DNA of 64,000 nucleotides from a virus (taxonomy: Duplodnaviria; Caudoviricetes): positions 32,001 to 96,000 of the IMG/VR virus record IMGVR_UViG_3300031134_000004; one strand, given 5' to 3'. This document shows positions 36,696 through 46,264 of the stretch, in pieces. Under the pieces are notes generated by a model that was not told the origin of the DNA, made no database searches, and saw only the letters and a program-made list of their open reading frames with translations. Every line of letters begins with the position of its first letter. Position 1 is the first letter of the stretch. Position numbers and translations under genes: made by a program.

Positions 36696-36729
36696 CTGAA
36701 AAACCCTCTGTGATGAAAAAGGAATAGTA

Positions 36730-38154
36730 ATGTACAGCGAATTGAGCAATCTCGGGATTTCCGCGATCCGTCGAATCACCGATCTGTGGCGAGGTGCCAA
36801 GTCGGATTCCCTCATCGATTATACCCAAGTGGCACGCGTCGAACCGATCGTTCTGATCGACTCGGACTGCCTGTATCTCGACCTGCTGCCGGAAGTCCAG
36901 CAGTCACTCCTGTCGATCTTTGCTGGTTATTACCTGCAAGCGATCGCCATTTCCACGACCGTCGGTAAGATCGATGTGCGTCGCCATCTGGACCGCTTGA
37001 ATCCCAAGCGCAATCCAGTAGACTCGGCTGCCGACACTGCCGGCTACCTGCTGGCCCAAGAGTCCTACAAGTTCCGTCTGCCAAAGCCGATGAGCAACCT
37101 GGCCATGGAAGCGCTGCCGGAAGATGAACGCGACGACATGGAGCGCGAACGTCACGACTGGGCAGGTCAGCAAAACGACGCTCGCTGGGCAGACATTGCT
37201 TTAAAGCGTGCCCAGAACGAATCGGACCGCGAATACAAGTCCCGTCAAGAAGCGTTCCAGCGCGAGAAGTTCACGTTCGATCGTGAAAACATCGAAGCGA
37301 AGAACAAGGCTGACGGTGCCAAGGTTGAAGCCCAGGCGAAAGAAGTCCAGCGCACTTACAACCTGAACCGTGAAAAGTTCGGTCACGACAAAGCCATGCA
37401 AATGGCAATGCAGGATCTGCAAAAGCGCAACCTGCAACTGAGTACTGACAAGTTCGAGTACGAGAAGTCAACGTCGTCGATGGGCTTTGGCAAGGACACG
37501 ATGTCCACGCTCAAAGACCTGGCAAACCTGTCGGTCGGTAAGCAGTTTAGCGTTGAGATCACCGATGGCAATCATAGCGCGTCGATCCCTGTGTCGATCC
37601 GCCTGATGGCGTCTTCGCTGCCAACGGCGAACCTGGTTCATATCTTATCGCTCAACAGCGCCGATAACTCGGTCAAGGGCCGTTACCACAAGTACCGCGC
37701 CGGCCGTATCGAATTCATCAAGGACTTGGTGCTGTGCCAAGACCTGATCGATGCGCATCGCAAGAACCTGATGGCTGACAAGGACGGCATCTACTCGAAC
37801 CTCGTAAAGCGTTCGCGTAACAACGGCCTGGCCACCATCGTTTCGGGCAACCCATCGATCGCCACGGCGTCGAACCTCGTCATCATGTCGAGCGACACCG
37901 CAGCACGACTCGAACTGGAAATCAACGGCAAACTCGACGACTTCAAAACCCGCGAGAAGATCTTCAAGGAAACCTACCTGATGATCGTTGCCGTGATCGA
38001 CAAGCAGTGGGAACGCGTGACGTTCTACCACCGCGGCATCCACAGCCGTACTGAAGTTGGCATGCGCGATATCAAAGCGGCCAACAAAGGCAACGGTCCG
38101 GACGTGTCGGAAATCCTCAAAGCCTACCAAGTGGGCAATTCCCCATCGCTGTGA
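36730..38154 (+). CDS. Virion head protein (phiKZ gp89-like)
   Basis: SLIDYTQVARVEPIVLID, FAGYYLQAI, RIEFIKDLVLCQDLID; LAMEA site. Confidence 0.75.
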   Translation: MYSELSNLGISAIRRITDLWRGAKSDSLIDYTQVARVEPIVLIDSDCLYLDLLPEVQQSLLSIFAGYYLQAIAISTTVGKIDVRRHLDRLNPKRNPVDSAADTAGYLLAQESYKFRLPKPMSNLAMEALPEDERDDMERERHDWAGQQNDARWADIALKRAQNESDREYKSRQEAFQREKFTFDRENIEAKNKADGAKVEAQAKEVQRTYNLNREKFGHDKAMQMAMQDLQKRNLQLSTDKFEYEKSTSSMGFGKDTMSTLKDLANLSVGKQFSVEITDGNHSASIPVSIRLMASSLPTANLVHILSLNSADNSVKGRYHKYRAGRIEFIKDLVLCQDLIDAHRKNLMADKDGIYSNLVKRSRNNGLATIVSGNPSIATASNLVIMSSDTAARLELEINGKLDDFKTREKIFKETYLMIVAVIDKQWERVTFYHRGIHSRTEVGMRDIKAANKGNGPDVSEILKAYQVGNSPSL

Positions 38155-38209
38155 TCCACCGGCGCCTCCCTTCTTAATTAGAAGGGGGGTTCCCTACGAA
38201 GGCATTAAC

Positions 38210-39106
38210 ATGAAACTCCAACAATTTGTCGCATCCGTCCTGCCCTCGTTCGGTAAGGATCGCGTGATGGAAGACATCCGTCTGACGCGTACCGAGCTGA
38301 AAGACATCACCCTGCCAGCGTTCCATCAGGCAGCCGTGGCATTTAAAGGCCACAAGTTCAAGTCCAAAGCGCTTGCAGACCAGATCGCTACTTTTGGCCG
38401 TATGGTCAAGGGTGGTTCGGGCAACGTCATCGAGACCATCGAGAAGCAACTGCCGATCGCACTGAAGAACCTGGACGAAGTGGAAGACCTCATCGAGCGC
38501 GGCTTTAACGAAGAAGTCGCCGGTGCTGGCCTGACCTACATGAAGGCAAACCTCCTGCAATTCTCGGAATGCCTGCACTTCGTTTCGCGTTTCTCGCGCA
38601 AGTTCCTGCTCTACATCTTCGTGTGCGAAACCGCAGAATACGAAGAATCGGGCACGACCATCGCTGAGAGCATGACGCCAGCGGAGATTGAGTACATTCG
38701 CGTGAACTTCGTGAACTACTGCACCGCGTTTAACGCTGTGGTGAACCAACCACAAACCGTGCGTAAGCTGCTCGAAGATGTGCCAGACATTCTCATCACG
38801 AGCGAAAACGTGGCAAGCCTGTCCTCGACCCTGGGTGAGAAGAAACTGGACCCGCTCCAGATGAAGCTCATCCCGATCTGGCTCAATCCAATCTACCACG
38901 TCGGCATGTTCGTCGCCGAATGGCAAGCGGATCGCTACAAGGTCGCTAAGGAAGAGCTGCGTCTCATCCAACTGCGCAAACTCAATCTGGAAAAGATCAG
39001 CGCCGGCAAGCCCGATGCGCACGTCCAGAAAGAAATCACGTACCTGGAAAGCCGCGTGCAGACCATGAACTTCAAGATCGCTAAGATGGAGGCGAAGAAT
39101 GTCTAA
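38210..39106 (+). CDS. Abundant inner-head protein (phiKZ gp90-like)
   Basis: LPSFGKDRVMEDI N-terminus, NPIYHVG..AEWQADRY, IQLRKLNLE; ATG at 38210. Confidence 0.72.
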   Translation: MKLQQFVASVLPSFGKDRVMEDIRLTRTELKDITLPAFHQAAVAFKGHKFKSKALADQIATFGRMVKGGSGNVIETIEKQLPIALKNLDEVEDLIERGFNEEVAGAGLTYMKANLLQFSECLHFVSRFSRKFLLYIFVCETAEYEESGTTIAESMTPAEIEYIRVNFVNYCTAFNAVVNQPQTVRKLLEDVPDILITSENVASLSSTLGEKKLDPLQMKLIPIWLNPIYHVGMFVAEWQADRYKVAKEELRLIQLRKLNLEKISAGKPDAHVQKEITYLESRVQTMNFKIAKMEAKNV

Positions 39107-39707
39107 AGAAGCCACCACGCTTCGGCTGTATCCGCGTGGCTTCTTAGGCGCTGACATCAAGCCACAAGTTCAAAAGACGCCCAAGCCGTTCTCGGACAAT
39201 GTCCAGCGGCAGACGTACCACGTCGAGGACTTCAAGTCGGTCAACAAAGATCTGTTTGCTAACGCAACAGTGGAAGCATTGTATGCGAGCTACATCAAGC
39301 GTAGCGCCACCACGGGTGACTTCCTTTTCCGGGAAGCCATTCTGAGCGCTGTGTTTGCGGCCCTGGGCACCAAGAACTTTGAGTTCTGGTTCATGGCACA
39401 GTTCAAGTCGCCTGCTTGCGGCGATCTGCACAACCGCTTCCTGACTGACACCTTGCGCTTCATCGCTGAAGGCAACCGTGAGATGTCGCTGGAGACCTGG
39501 GCGAGCTTGCTGGTCATTACTGGCGAGAGCGATCCTGTTGGTCACATGAACGAATACGCCAAGAATTTCTTTGGTATGAATTCGAACATGTACGGTCAAG
39601 GTCGTCAAAACACGCAGCTGACTGACGTGGTCCAAAAGTGGTGCGAGCATCCAAACGGCATGGAAGACATGCTCGGTACGCTTCACCTGTTGTTCGGTAA
39701 TCCATAA
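39099..39707 (+). CDS. Conserved virion protein (gp91/gp92 region)
   Basis: RLYPRGFL N-terminal motif; overlaps the previous stop. Confidence 0.65.
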   Translation: MSKEATTLRLYPRGFLGADIKPQVQKTPKPFSDNVQRQTYHVEDFKSVNKDLFANATVEALYASYIKRSATTGDFLFREAILSAVFAALGTKNFEFWFMAQFKSPACGDLHNRFLTDTLRFIAEGNREMSLETWASLLVITGESDPVGHMNEYAKNFFGMNSNMYGQGRQNTQLTDVVQKWCEHPNGMEDMLGTLHLLFGNP

Positions 39708-39820
39708 GCCCCGCGTAAAAATACGAATAGTATAGTGGCTAGTTCTCACAAGTCAATAGAATCTAGTACCCCGCGGAAGTAGTACTCTTTTAAATCACCT
39801 ATTGCAATAGGAGCATCAAC

Positions 39821-41170
39821 ATGCGTCGCATGAACACCCAACGCCAGGGCCTCCTGGTCTCGCTGGAAAACGAAAACACCAACACCGACTCCGGTACTGC
39901 ATCGGAAAACGACGTCGAAGTCGCTGAAGCTGGTGCTGAACTGTCGGACGACGTCGCCGAGATCGTCGACTCCGTCGCTGAAGGCGATGCGGACACCGCA
40001 GAAGTCGAAGAAGCCACCGAAGTTGCTGAAGCCCTGGAATCGATCGCCGAAGCTGTCGGCGTCTGCGCCCAAAACGGCGGCCTGGATCGCCACGCTGCCC
40101 ACGCTATCGGCCTGGCCGTTGGCCACATGTACAACCGCGTCGGCCTGGAAGCCCAAGCGATGCCTGCTCTGGAATCGTTCGGTTCGTCGAGCCAGCGCAT
40201 TCCTTCGACCAGCCTGGCGATGGAAGACATCAAAGAACAAGCCGGCAAGATCTGGAACCACATCGTCGAAGCTGTCAAGCGCGCGATCAAGTGGGCCCAG
40301 GACTTCTACAACAAGCTGTTCGGCGCCGCTGAAAAGCTGAGCAAGCGTGCAAGCGCACTGCAAACCAAAGCCGAAGGCATCACCGGCGGCAAGGCCAAAG
40401 AAGCCTCGTTCGAAAACGAGAAGCTGGTCAAAGCCCTGCACGTGAACGGCAAAGTCCCAACCGCTCTGGGCGCTGCCCTGGGTAAAGTCGGCGCCATCGG
40501 CCGCGACTGCTTCGGCGAAGCCAGCGACTGGGCACTGAAAGTCGGTTCGGAAATCACCGCCGACATGGAAAAAGAAGGCGCTGAAAAGACGTTCCTGGAA
40601 TCGTTCGAACTGCCAGCTGGCGGCCTGATCGGTGCAGAAGTGTCGAACGCTGAAGGCGCGGGCTTCGCAGCTCCAGCTGACGGCCTGGTCATCTACCGTT
40701 CGGAAGAAATGCCAGGCGGCATGGCTGTGGCCGGCGCCGGCACCAAGAACGGCATGAAGGGCGAAGCAGCTGTCGACGCATTCCGCGGCGTGGGCCAGAA
40801 GGTCCAGCCGTTCGATCCGAAAGCCAAAGCACCGGCCGACAAGAAAGTCACCACCCTGACAACGCGCGACATGGTCGAGACCTGCAAGGCAGTCGCTACG
40901 CTGGCTGAAGAAATCAAGAAGTTCCGCGACGGCCAAGCCAAGCTGAACGAAATGAAGAAGAAGTTCCAGTCGGCTTCGGAAAAGCTGGCCAAGAAAGCCT
41001 CGAGCGGCGATGAAGGCCGCGACGGCCTGCGCGCCATGGCCAAGGTCGCTGGCAAACTGCCAAGCCTGGTGGACAATCCTGCAGCGTCGTTCTCGGCCTA
41101 CGCGATCAACACCTGCAAAGCAGCCCTGGACTACGTCGATGCATCGACCAAGCAATACGCGTCGGCCTAA
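39821..41170 (+). CDS. Inner-body/ejection protein of the phiKZ gp93-like paralogous family
   Basis: Acidic propeptide with SLE, ALES and AMED sites, then an amphipathic IWNHIVEAVKRAIKWAQDFYNKLF helix; extreme codon bias. Confidence 0.8.
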   Translation: MRRMNTQRQGLLVSLENENTNTDSGTASENDVEVAEAGAELSDDVAEIVDSVAEGDADTAEVEEATEVAEALESIAEAVGVCAQNGGLDRHAAHAIGLAVGHMYNRVGLEAQAMPALESFGSSSQRIPSTSLAMEDIKEQAGKIWNHIVEAVKRAIKWAQDFYNKLFGAAEKLSKRASALQTKAEGITGGKAKEASFENEKLVKALHVNGKVPTALGAALGKVGAIGRDCFGEASDWALKVGSEITADMEKEGAEKTFLESFELPAGGLIGAEVSNAEGAGFAAPADGLVIYRSEEMPGGMAVAGAGTKNGMKGEAAVDAFRGVGQKVQPFDPKAKAPADKKVTTLTTRDMVETCKAVATLAEEIKKFRDGQAKLNEMKKKFQSASEKLAKKASSGDEGRDGLRAMAKVAGKLPSLVDNPAASFSAYAINTCKAALDYVDASTKQYASA

Positions 41171-41193
41171 TCGGTCAGCCGGGTAGTTACAAA

Positions 41194-41225
41194 GGGAGAG
41201 TCCGCTAAGGCGGGCTCTTCTTTTT
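41194..41225 (+). terminator. Intrinsic terminator
   Basis: gggagagtccgc-taag-gcgggctcttc-ttttt. Confidence 0.75.
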
Positions 41226-41265
41226 GAACGCCTACAACACAATCGAACAGAAAGCAAACAACATC

Positions 41266-42594
41266 ATGCGTCGTCATTTCATCAACACCGTGGCCCTGGA
41301 AGGCTACCAAAACCAAGTCGCCCTGGAAAGCATTTCCATGGAAGAAGAGCAGGTCATGATCGACGAGGCCGCTGGCGCCGCTGTCGAAGCAGACCAAGAG
41401 CTGGCTGAAGCCGAGCGCATCATCGAAGTGTCGGACGCGCTGGAAGATCTGGCCATCATCGCCGACGGCATCGAAGAAGCATCGCCTGCTGAAACCCAAC
41501 TGGTCGAAATCGCTGGTGACATGGCTGTGGCCGGCACCGACGTCTCGCCAGAAGAAATCGTGCCTGCCATGGAATCGTTCCGCGGCGGCAAGATCGCTAC
41601 CGAAGGCATCCGCGAGACCGCCAAGAACATCTGGGAATCGATCCAGCGCTACCTGAAGCAAGTCTGGGAGAAGATCGAGAAGTTCTTCTACAACATCCTG
41701 GGCACCGTGCCACGCCTGCGCAAGTCGCTCGAAGCACTGGAACAGAAAGTGGAAGACACCGTCGGCAAGAAGGCCGAAGGCAACGTCACCATCAGCGCCG
41801 GCATCAGCAACATCTCGATCGCCTACTCGCCAGCCAAGAACGAAGGCGACCTGTCGAACTGCATCAGCGCCCTGACCGACGCTGCCAAGTGGACCTACGG
41901 CTCGCACGTCGACTCCGTCACCAAGCGCGGCGAATCGATCGCCAAGATCATCGGCGAATTCGACCCAGCCAAGTCGGCTGAAGCCGTCACCGCCATGCGC
42001 GACGCCCTGAAAGCCCACAAGGCTGACAAGGTTCCAGGTTCGGGCTCGGCTGACAACGGTCGCTTCCCAGGCTTCGGCACCTTCGTCGGTGCTCCGCTGC
42101 CAGGCAACAAGTCGATCGCGTACAAGTGGTTCGCTGACAACGGCGACGACACTTCGGACCTGGGTTCGCTGGATCGTTACCGCAACAGCCGCGTCGAACT
42201 GATCGACACCTCGGACAAAGCTCCAACCGGCGCCAAGAACGAAGTCGAGATCACCCCGGTGACCACCAACGGCGCCAAGAAGCTGATCAAGGAAATGCAA
42301 GCGCTGCTGACCGTGCTGGAAGACTACAAGCGTGGTCCAAAGTCGAAGGCCATCACCAAGACCCAGAAATCGATCGAAGACGCATCGTCCAAGGCCAACA
42401 AAGCCATGGGCACCGCAAAATCGGACGACGAAGGCTCGAAGGCTGCCGTGGCACCGTTCCGCGCCCTGCTGAACTTCAACGCGGCCTACGCACGCTGGGC
42501 ACAATCGCCAGCAGTGCCGCTGATGTCGCACAGCATCACCACGATCAAGACCGTCATGGTCGTGATCCAGAAGTCGATGGCTGCTCACAAGTAA
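41266..42594 (+). CDS. Second gp93-family inner-body/ejection protein
   Basis: ALEG, ALES, AMES and ATEG sites, then an IWESIQRYLKQVWEKIEKFFYNIL helix; ATG at 41266. Confidence 0.8.
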   Translation: MRRHFINTVALEGYQNQVALESISMEEEQVMIDEAAGAAVEADQELAEAERIIEVSDALEDLAIIADGIEEASPAETQLVEIAGDMAVAGTDVSPEEIVPAMESFRGGKIATEGIRETAKNIWESIQRYLKQVWEKIEKFFYNILGTVPRLRKSLEALEQKVEDTVGKKAEGNVTISAGISNISIAYSPAKNEGDLSNCISALTDAAKWTYGSHVDSVTKRGESIAKIIGEFDPAKSAEAVTAMRDALKAHKADKVPGSGSADNGRFPGFGTFVGAPLPGNKSIAYKWFADNGDDTSDLGSLDRYRNSRVELIDTSDKAPTGAKNEVEITPVTTNGAKKLIKEMQALLTVLEDYKRGPKSKAITKTQKSIEDASSKANKAMGTAKSDDEGSKAAVAPFRALLNFNAAYARWAQSPAVPLMSHSITTIKTVMVVIQKSMAAHK

Positions 42595-42654
42595 TTGGGC
42601 GCCGCCGGCTTACCTTAGGCTACTGGGGGTTCCCGGTGGCCTAATTGCAGAAAG

Positions 42655-42698
42655 CATCTAAGAGCCGGCTGGGGGTTCCCGGCTGGCTCTTATGCCGC
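42655..42698 (+). terminator. Hairpin followed by TTATGCCGC
   Basis: agagccggctggg-ggtt-cccggctggctct-tatgccgc; a second hairpin lies just upstream at ~42615-42645. Confidence 0.7.
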
Positions 42699-42750
42699 GA
42701 TTGTTGTGTTATGGATGGATTTTATGATCATCCATTTTAAAGGATTTACC

Positions 42751-44283
42751 ATGCCCAAGATTTTACTGACGGTGCCTGAGACTGAACTTAGCGTTACCCG
42801 TCCTGTGGTGTTTGACATTACGCGTCAATTGATGAAAGACACCGGCATCTCAGATAAGACCACGATTTCGTATCCTGGCTTTCAAGAACAAAATGCCCAA
42901 CCCAATTCCTTGATTAGTGATTCAAGTGAATCGGACATGTTCCCATTTAACGACCGCATTACGGTTGAGGTGCAAGAGAGCTATACTGCCGACCGCATCC
43001 TTTCGGAAGCAGCGTTTGAACCAGAACACTTGTTTGTCTTCCGGGACGACAAGATCATGACGACTATCAAGCCTGTCTACAGCATGGCTGACATCGTCAT
43101 CAATATCAAATTCCGCGCTGCAGATAGTACGTCGGCTAAACGTTGGCGTGACGACATGCGTGCTCGTATCGGCATGATGAAGGATGAGCGCTACCACACG
43201 GTATCGTACCACTACCTCATTCCGCCAGAGTTCATTTACATCTTGAATGAACTGCACCGCATGCGCGAGGCTGTTGAAGGTTATGGCGACACCATCGACC
43301 AATACCTTAAAAACCACCTGACAACCAATGCGTCGATTCTGACCAATCTGGCTGGTAAGCAAGGTCAATGGGGCGTGGCTGAAACTCAGCAGCGTATTGT
43401 GGGGTACTTCGACTTTGATCCGACACCAGACGAAGGCTCCAAAGAAGACGAAGGCGACACCTCTACCACGACGGTAGCCTACAAGTTCAGTTACGAAAAG
43501 CCCATTGCTTGCGCGATGTCGTATCCACTGGTTATCCACAACCAATTGCTCAGTGAGCGTTTCCGCCCGAGCGAACAGTTGCCTGACCCTGCCTTTGCCA
43601 TTACCTCGCGTACGGCCAGCATGATGGCGTGGGAGCCGTTTGAAGTGGCTATGTCTAAAGGGTTGATCGAAGGGATTGCTGTACCGTACTTCGATGAATT
43701 CATTCCGTCGTCAGTGCCTGCTAAGACCAAGCGTTTGGTGACCATGATGACTACGCTGGACCCAGTGCGACCGAACATGCTTCTCACCCCAGAAGAGTGG
43801 GCAAGCATTGGATTGAATCCCGTCATCCTTGCCTTCATGAAAAAGGAAGCACCATTCATGACGCGCCGGTATCAATCGGTTCTTCAACTGGACCTGTACC
43901 GTAACGGCAACATCGTGCCACAAGACATGATGGAGATGAATGGAGCGTTGCAATTGATGGCAACAGAAGCGTTGTCACTGCGGGACAATTTCCATGTACG
44001 CTTTAGTGTCGTGGAAGACTTGCGGCTCTTGCCACCTGCTGCAATCGATCGGATTCGTCAGAATGGCGCTGCAGCGCAGATCATCTTGGACTACCTCGCA
44101 CCTTGGTTAAGTGGCGTGGGTTTGATTCCAGAAATCATCATCCGCGACATCATCGGTCGACAAGACCTGGAAGCTGCCATTGACACGATCAATAGCGGCA
44201 TCATTTCAAACGGCAATGGACAAGGTTACCAGATCAATACGGTCAACTCCATTTTCGTCCAAGCGTTTAAAGGACAACCATAA
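42751..44283 (+). CDS. Conserved virion structural protein (gp98-like by synteny)
   Basis: SVTRPVVFDI, YEKPIACAMSYPLVIHNQLL; AAAGGA RBS. Confidence 0.7.
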   Translation: MPKILLTVPETELSVTRPVVFDITRQLMKDTGISDKTTISYPGFQEQNAQPNSLISDSSESDMFPFNDRITVEVQESYTADRILSEAAFEPEHLFVFRDDKIMTTIKPVYSMADIVINIKFRAADSTSAKRWRDDMRARIGMMKDERYHTVSYHYLIPPEFIYILNELHRMREAVEGYGDTIDQYLKNHLTTNASILTNLAGKQGQWGVAETQQRIVGYFDFDPTPDEGSKEDEGDTSTTTVAYKFSYEKPIACAMSYPLVIHNQLLSERFRPSEQLPDPAFAITSRTASMMAWEPFEVAMSKGLIEGIAVPYFDEFIPSSVPAKTKRLVTMMTTLDPVRPNMLLTPEEWASIGLNPVILAFMKKEAPFMTRRYQSVLQLDLYRNGNIVPQDMMEMNGALQLMATEALSLRDNFHVRFSVVEDLRLLPPAAIDRIRQNGAAAQIILDYLAPWLSGVGLIPEIIIRDIIGRQDLEAAIDTINSGIISNGNGQGYQINTVNSIFVQAFKGQP

Positions 44284-45641
44284 TGCCATTACCTATTATC
44301 ACCCCAAGCGTCACGCAACCTGCCCCCAAACCCCCAGAACCGATCATTGCGAAACCAGAACATCAAAGCACGATTGTCGACACCCGCTACGAATCGACGT
44401 CTTCGCTCATGGTCAATGTGGAAGGCAGTCCTTGGACGGTTGACTGGGTCAGTCAGGTACTCGACAAGGATTCGCCACTGTCGGGTCAGCAAGTGAACCA
44501 AGCGGCGCTCTACCAGCAATACAGCTTGATCAAAGAGTTTGAGCTGCGCGTGACGCAACCGCTGTCCACGTCGCAAGATGCGGCCACCAAACAGATGGTA
44601 GTCACGGGCGCTGCCAACGTGTTCTTGATCATTCCTAATAACGGCGATATGTTCTTCGCAGACATTGGCGATGGTCGGGAAGGTATCTTCAAGATCACCC
44701 ATTCTGAACGCAAGTCGTATTTGAAGGGTGCTGTGTACGCTGTTGAGTATCAGCTCATCGATTACGCTTCGCCAGTGCGCAAAGCAGACATCAATAGCAA
44801 GATTATCAAGACGCGCTACTTCGTTAAGAACTTCATGCAGTACGGTCAAGACCCACTGCTTGAAGAAGAAGATTACCACATCATCCAAGAACTCGAAGGA
44901 CGCTTGCACGAAATGACGCAGCGTTACTTTAAGCTCTTTACGAGTAGCGAGTTTCGTACCCTGATCGTTCCAGGTCAGCAGCACTACGTGTACGATGCGT
45001 TCTTAACCAACGCCATCATGTCGTTCTTCACTACGTACGACGCGCCTGAGATTCGGTACATCCGCAAACTCAATGTGCAAGAAGACCACTTGATGAAGTC
45101 GCCAACCATCTGGGACGTAGTGCGTGATCGGGATTTGAGTTTGCTCAAGTTCTGTAACCGTAAGGTCGGACTGATGTCAACGCGTTCGTTCCACAAGAAC
45201 CCAATGATGGATGGAATTTATCATTCCGGCATTCACTATGTAGTCTACCCGAAAGACCCTGAGTACGGGGTGGATTACGAAATGCACGGGAAAGAAAAAG
45301 CGCTCTCTGGTGAAGTCTTGCAACCTACGTCATCGCGCGTGCGTCGTCTGGCTGACTTGGTCGGTGACAAAGAGTTCGACGGCTTAACGTTGCCGGACTG
45401 CCCGCCGATCTACAAGGTTGCGTTTGACGACCATTACGTGTTGTCAAGCCACTTCTATAACGACACGACCAAGCAATCGATTCTCGAACGCTGCGTACGT
45501 GACTACCTCGAAAACAAAGCACCGAACCTGCGCGCACTGCGTGCACTGTGTGCAACTTACCATGGCTGGGGCGGGTTGGAACGGTTCTACTACATTCCGC
45601 TTTTGCTCATGCTTATTAAGGCTACGATTAGGAGTTTCTAA
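44283..45641 (+). CDS. Conserved virion structural protein (gp99-like)
   Basis: VEGSPWTVDW..QVL, PNNGDMFFADIGDGR, YDAFLT; TAATG overlap. Confidence 0.7.
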   Translation: MPLPIITPSVTQPAPKPPEPIIAKPEHQSTIVDTRYESTSSLMVNVEGSPWTVDWVSQVLDKDSPLSGQQVNQAALYQQYSLIKEFELRVTQPLSTSQDAATKQMVVTGAANVFLIIPNNGDMFFADIGDGREGIFKITHSERKSYLKGAVYAVEYQLIDYASPVRKADINSKIIKTRYFVKNFMQYGQDPLLEEEDYHIIQELEGRLHEMTQRYFKLFTSSEFRTLIVPGQQHYVYDAFLTNAIMSFFTTYDAPEIRYIRKLNVQEDHLMKSPTIWDVVRDRDLSLLKFCNRKVGLMSTRSFHKNPMMDGIYHSGIHYVVYPKDPEYGVDYEMHGKEKALSGEVLQPTSSRVRRLADLVGDKEFDGLTLPDCPPIYKVAFDDHYVLSSHFYNDTTKQSILERCVRDYLENKAPNLRALRALCATYHGWGGLERFYYIPLLLMLIKATIRSF

Positions 45642-46264
45642 TGTCCTGCTCATGGATTCCACCCGAAGAACGTGACACACGTTGGCCGATCTGGCACAAG
45701 AAGTTCTTGTGTCGGGTCAACGCGTTTAAGAGTCGCTCACTGGAACACGTCGAGCACTTCGGCGTACCAGTCTCTGGTGATCCACTGTACGACCAAGCCA
45801 TGATGCAGGAAGACATTCAGCGCATGCTCAGTATTGATGAGATGGTTGAATTCTTCCGGCAAGGTCTGGTTGTCGGTGTGCTCAAAGAAAAAGAAACGAA
45901 AGCGATTTACGAACACATCACGGACCATTTGGAAGCGTGGAAGAAGAAGATCGAGAACGGTTGGCATGTACGGGAAGCACCGATTGAAGACTTGATCCTC
46001 ATGGACAAGTTTGCACACGCTGTTCACAAGCATGCCCGCCACCACTTCACGACGGAAATCGTGGAATCGATCCTTGCCCGCCGCATGTCCGGTACGCTGC
46101 GTATTTCGCGTGACAAGATCTTGGGTGCTGGTCCAAAGACACAAGTGGTCAACAAGCTCGAAGAAGGTGAGGAAGAAGAAGACAAGTTCCCACAACGCCA
46201 GAGCATGGCTGATCTCTTCGCTGCCAAATCCGACATCGCGCGAGGAGCACCGAAGTGGAGATAG
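45641..46264 (+). CDS. Conserved protein (gp100-like)
   Basis: SLEHVEHFGVPVSGDP; TAATG overlap. Confidence 0.68.
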   Translation: MSCSWIPPEERDTRWPIWHKKFLCRVNAFKSRSLEHVEHFGVPVSGDPLYDQAMMQEDIQRMLSIDEMVEFFRQGLVVGVLKEKETKAIYEHITDHLEAWKKKIENGWHVREAPIEDLILMDKFAHAVHKHARHHFTTEIVESILARRMSGTLRISRDKILGAGPKTQVVNKLEEGEEEEDKFPQRQSMADLFAAKSDIARGAPKWR

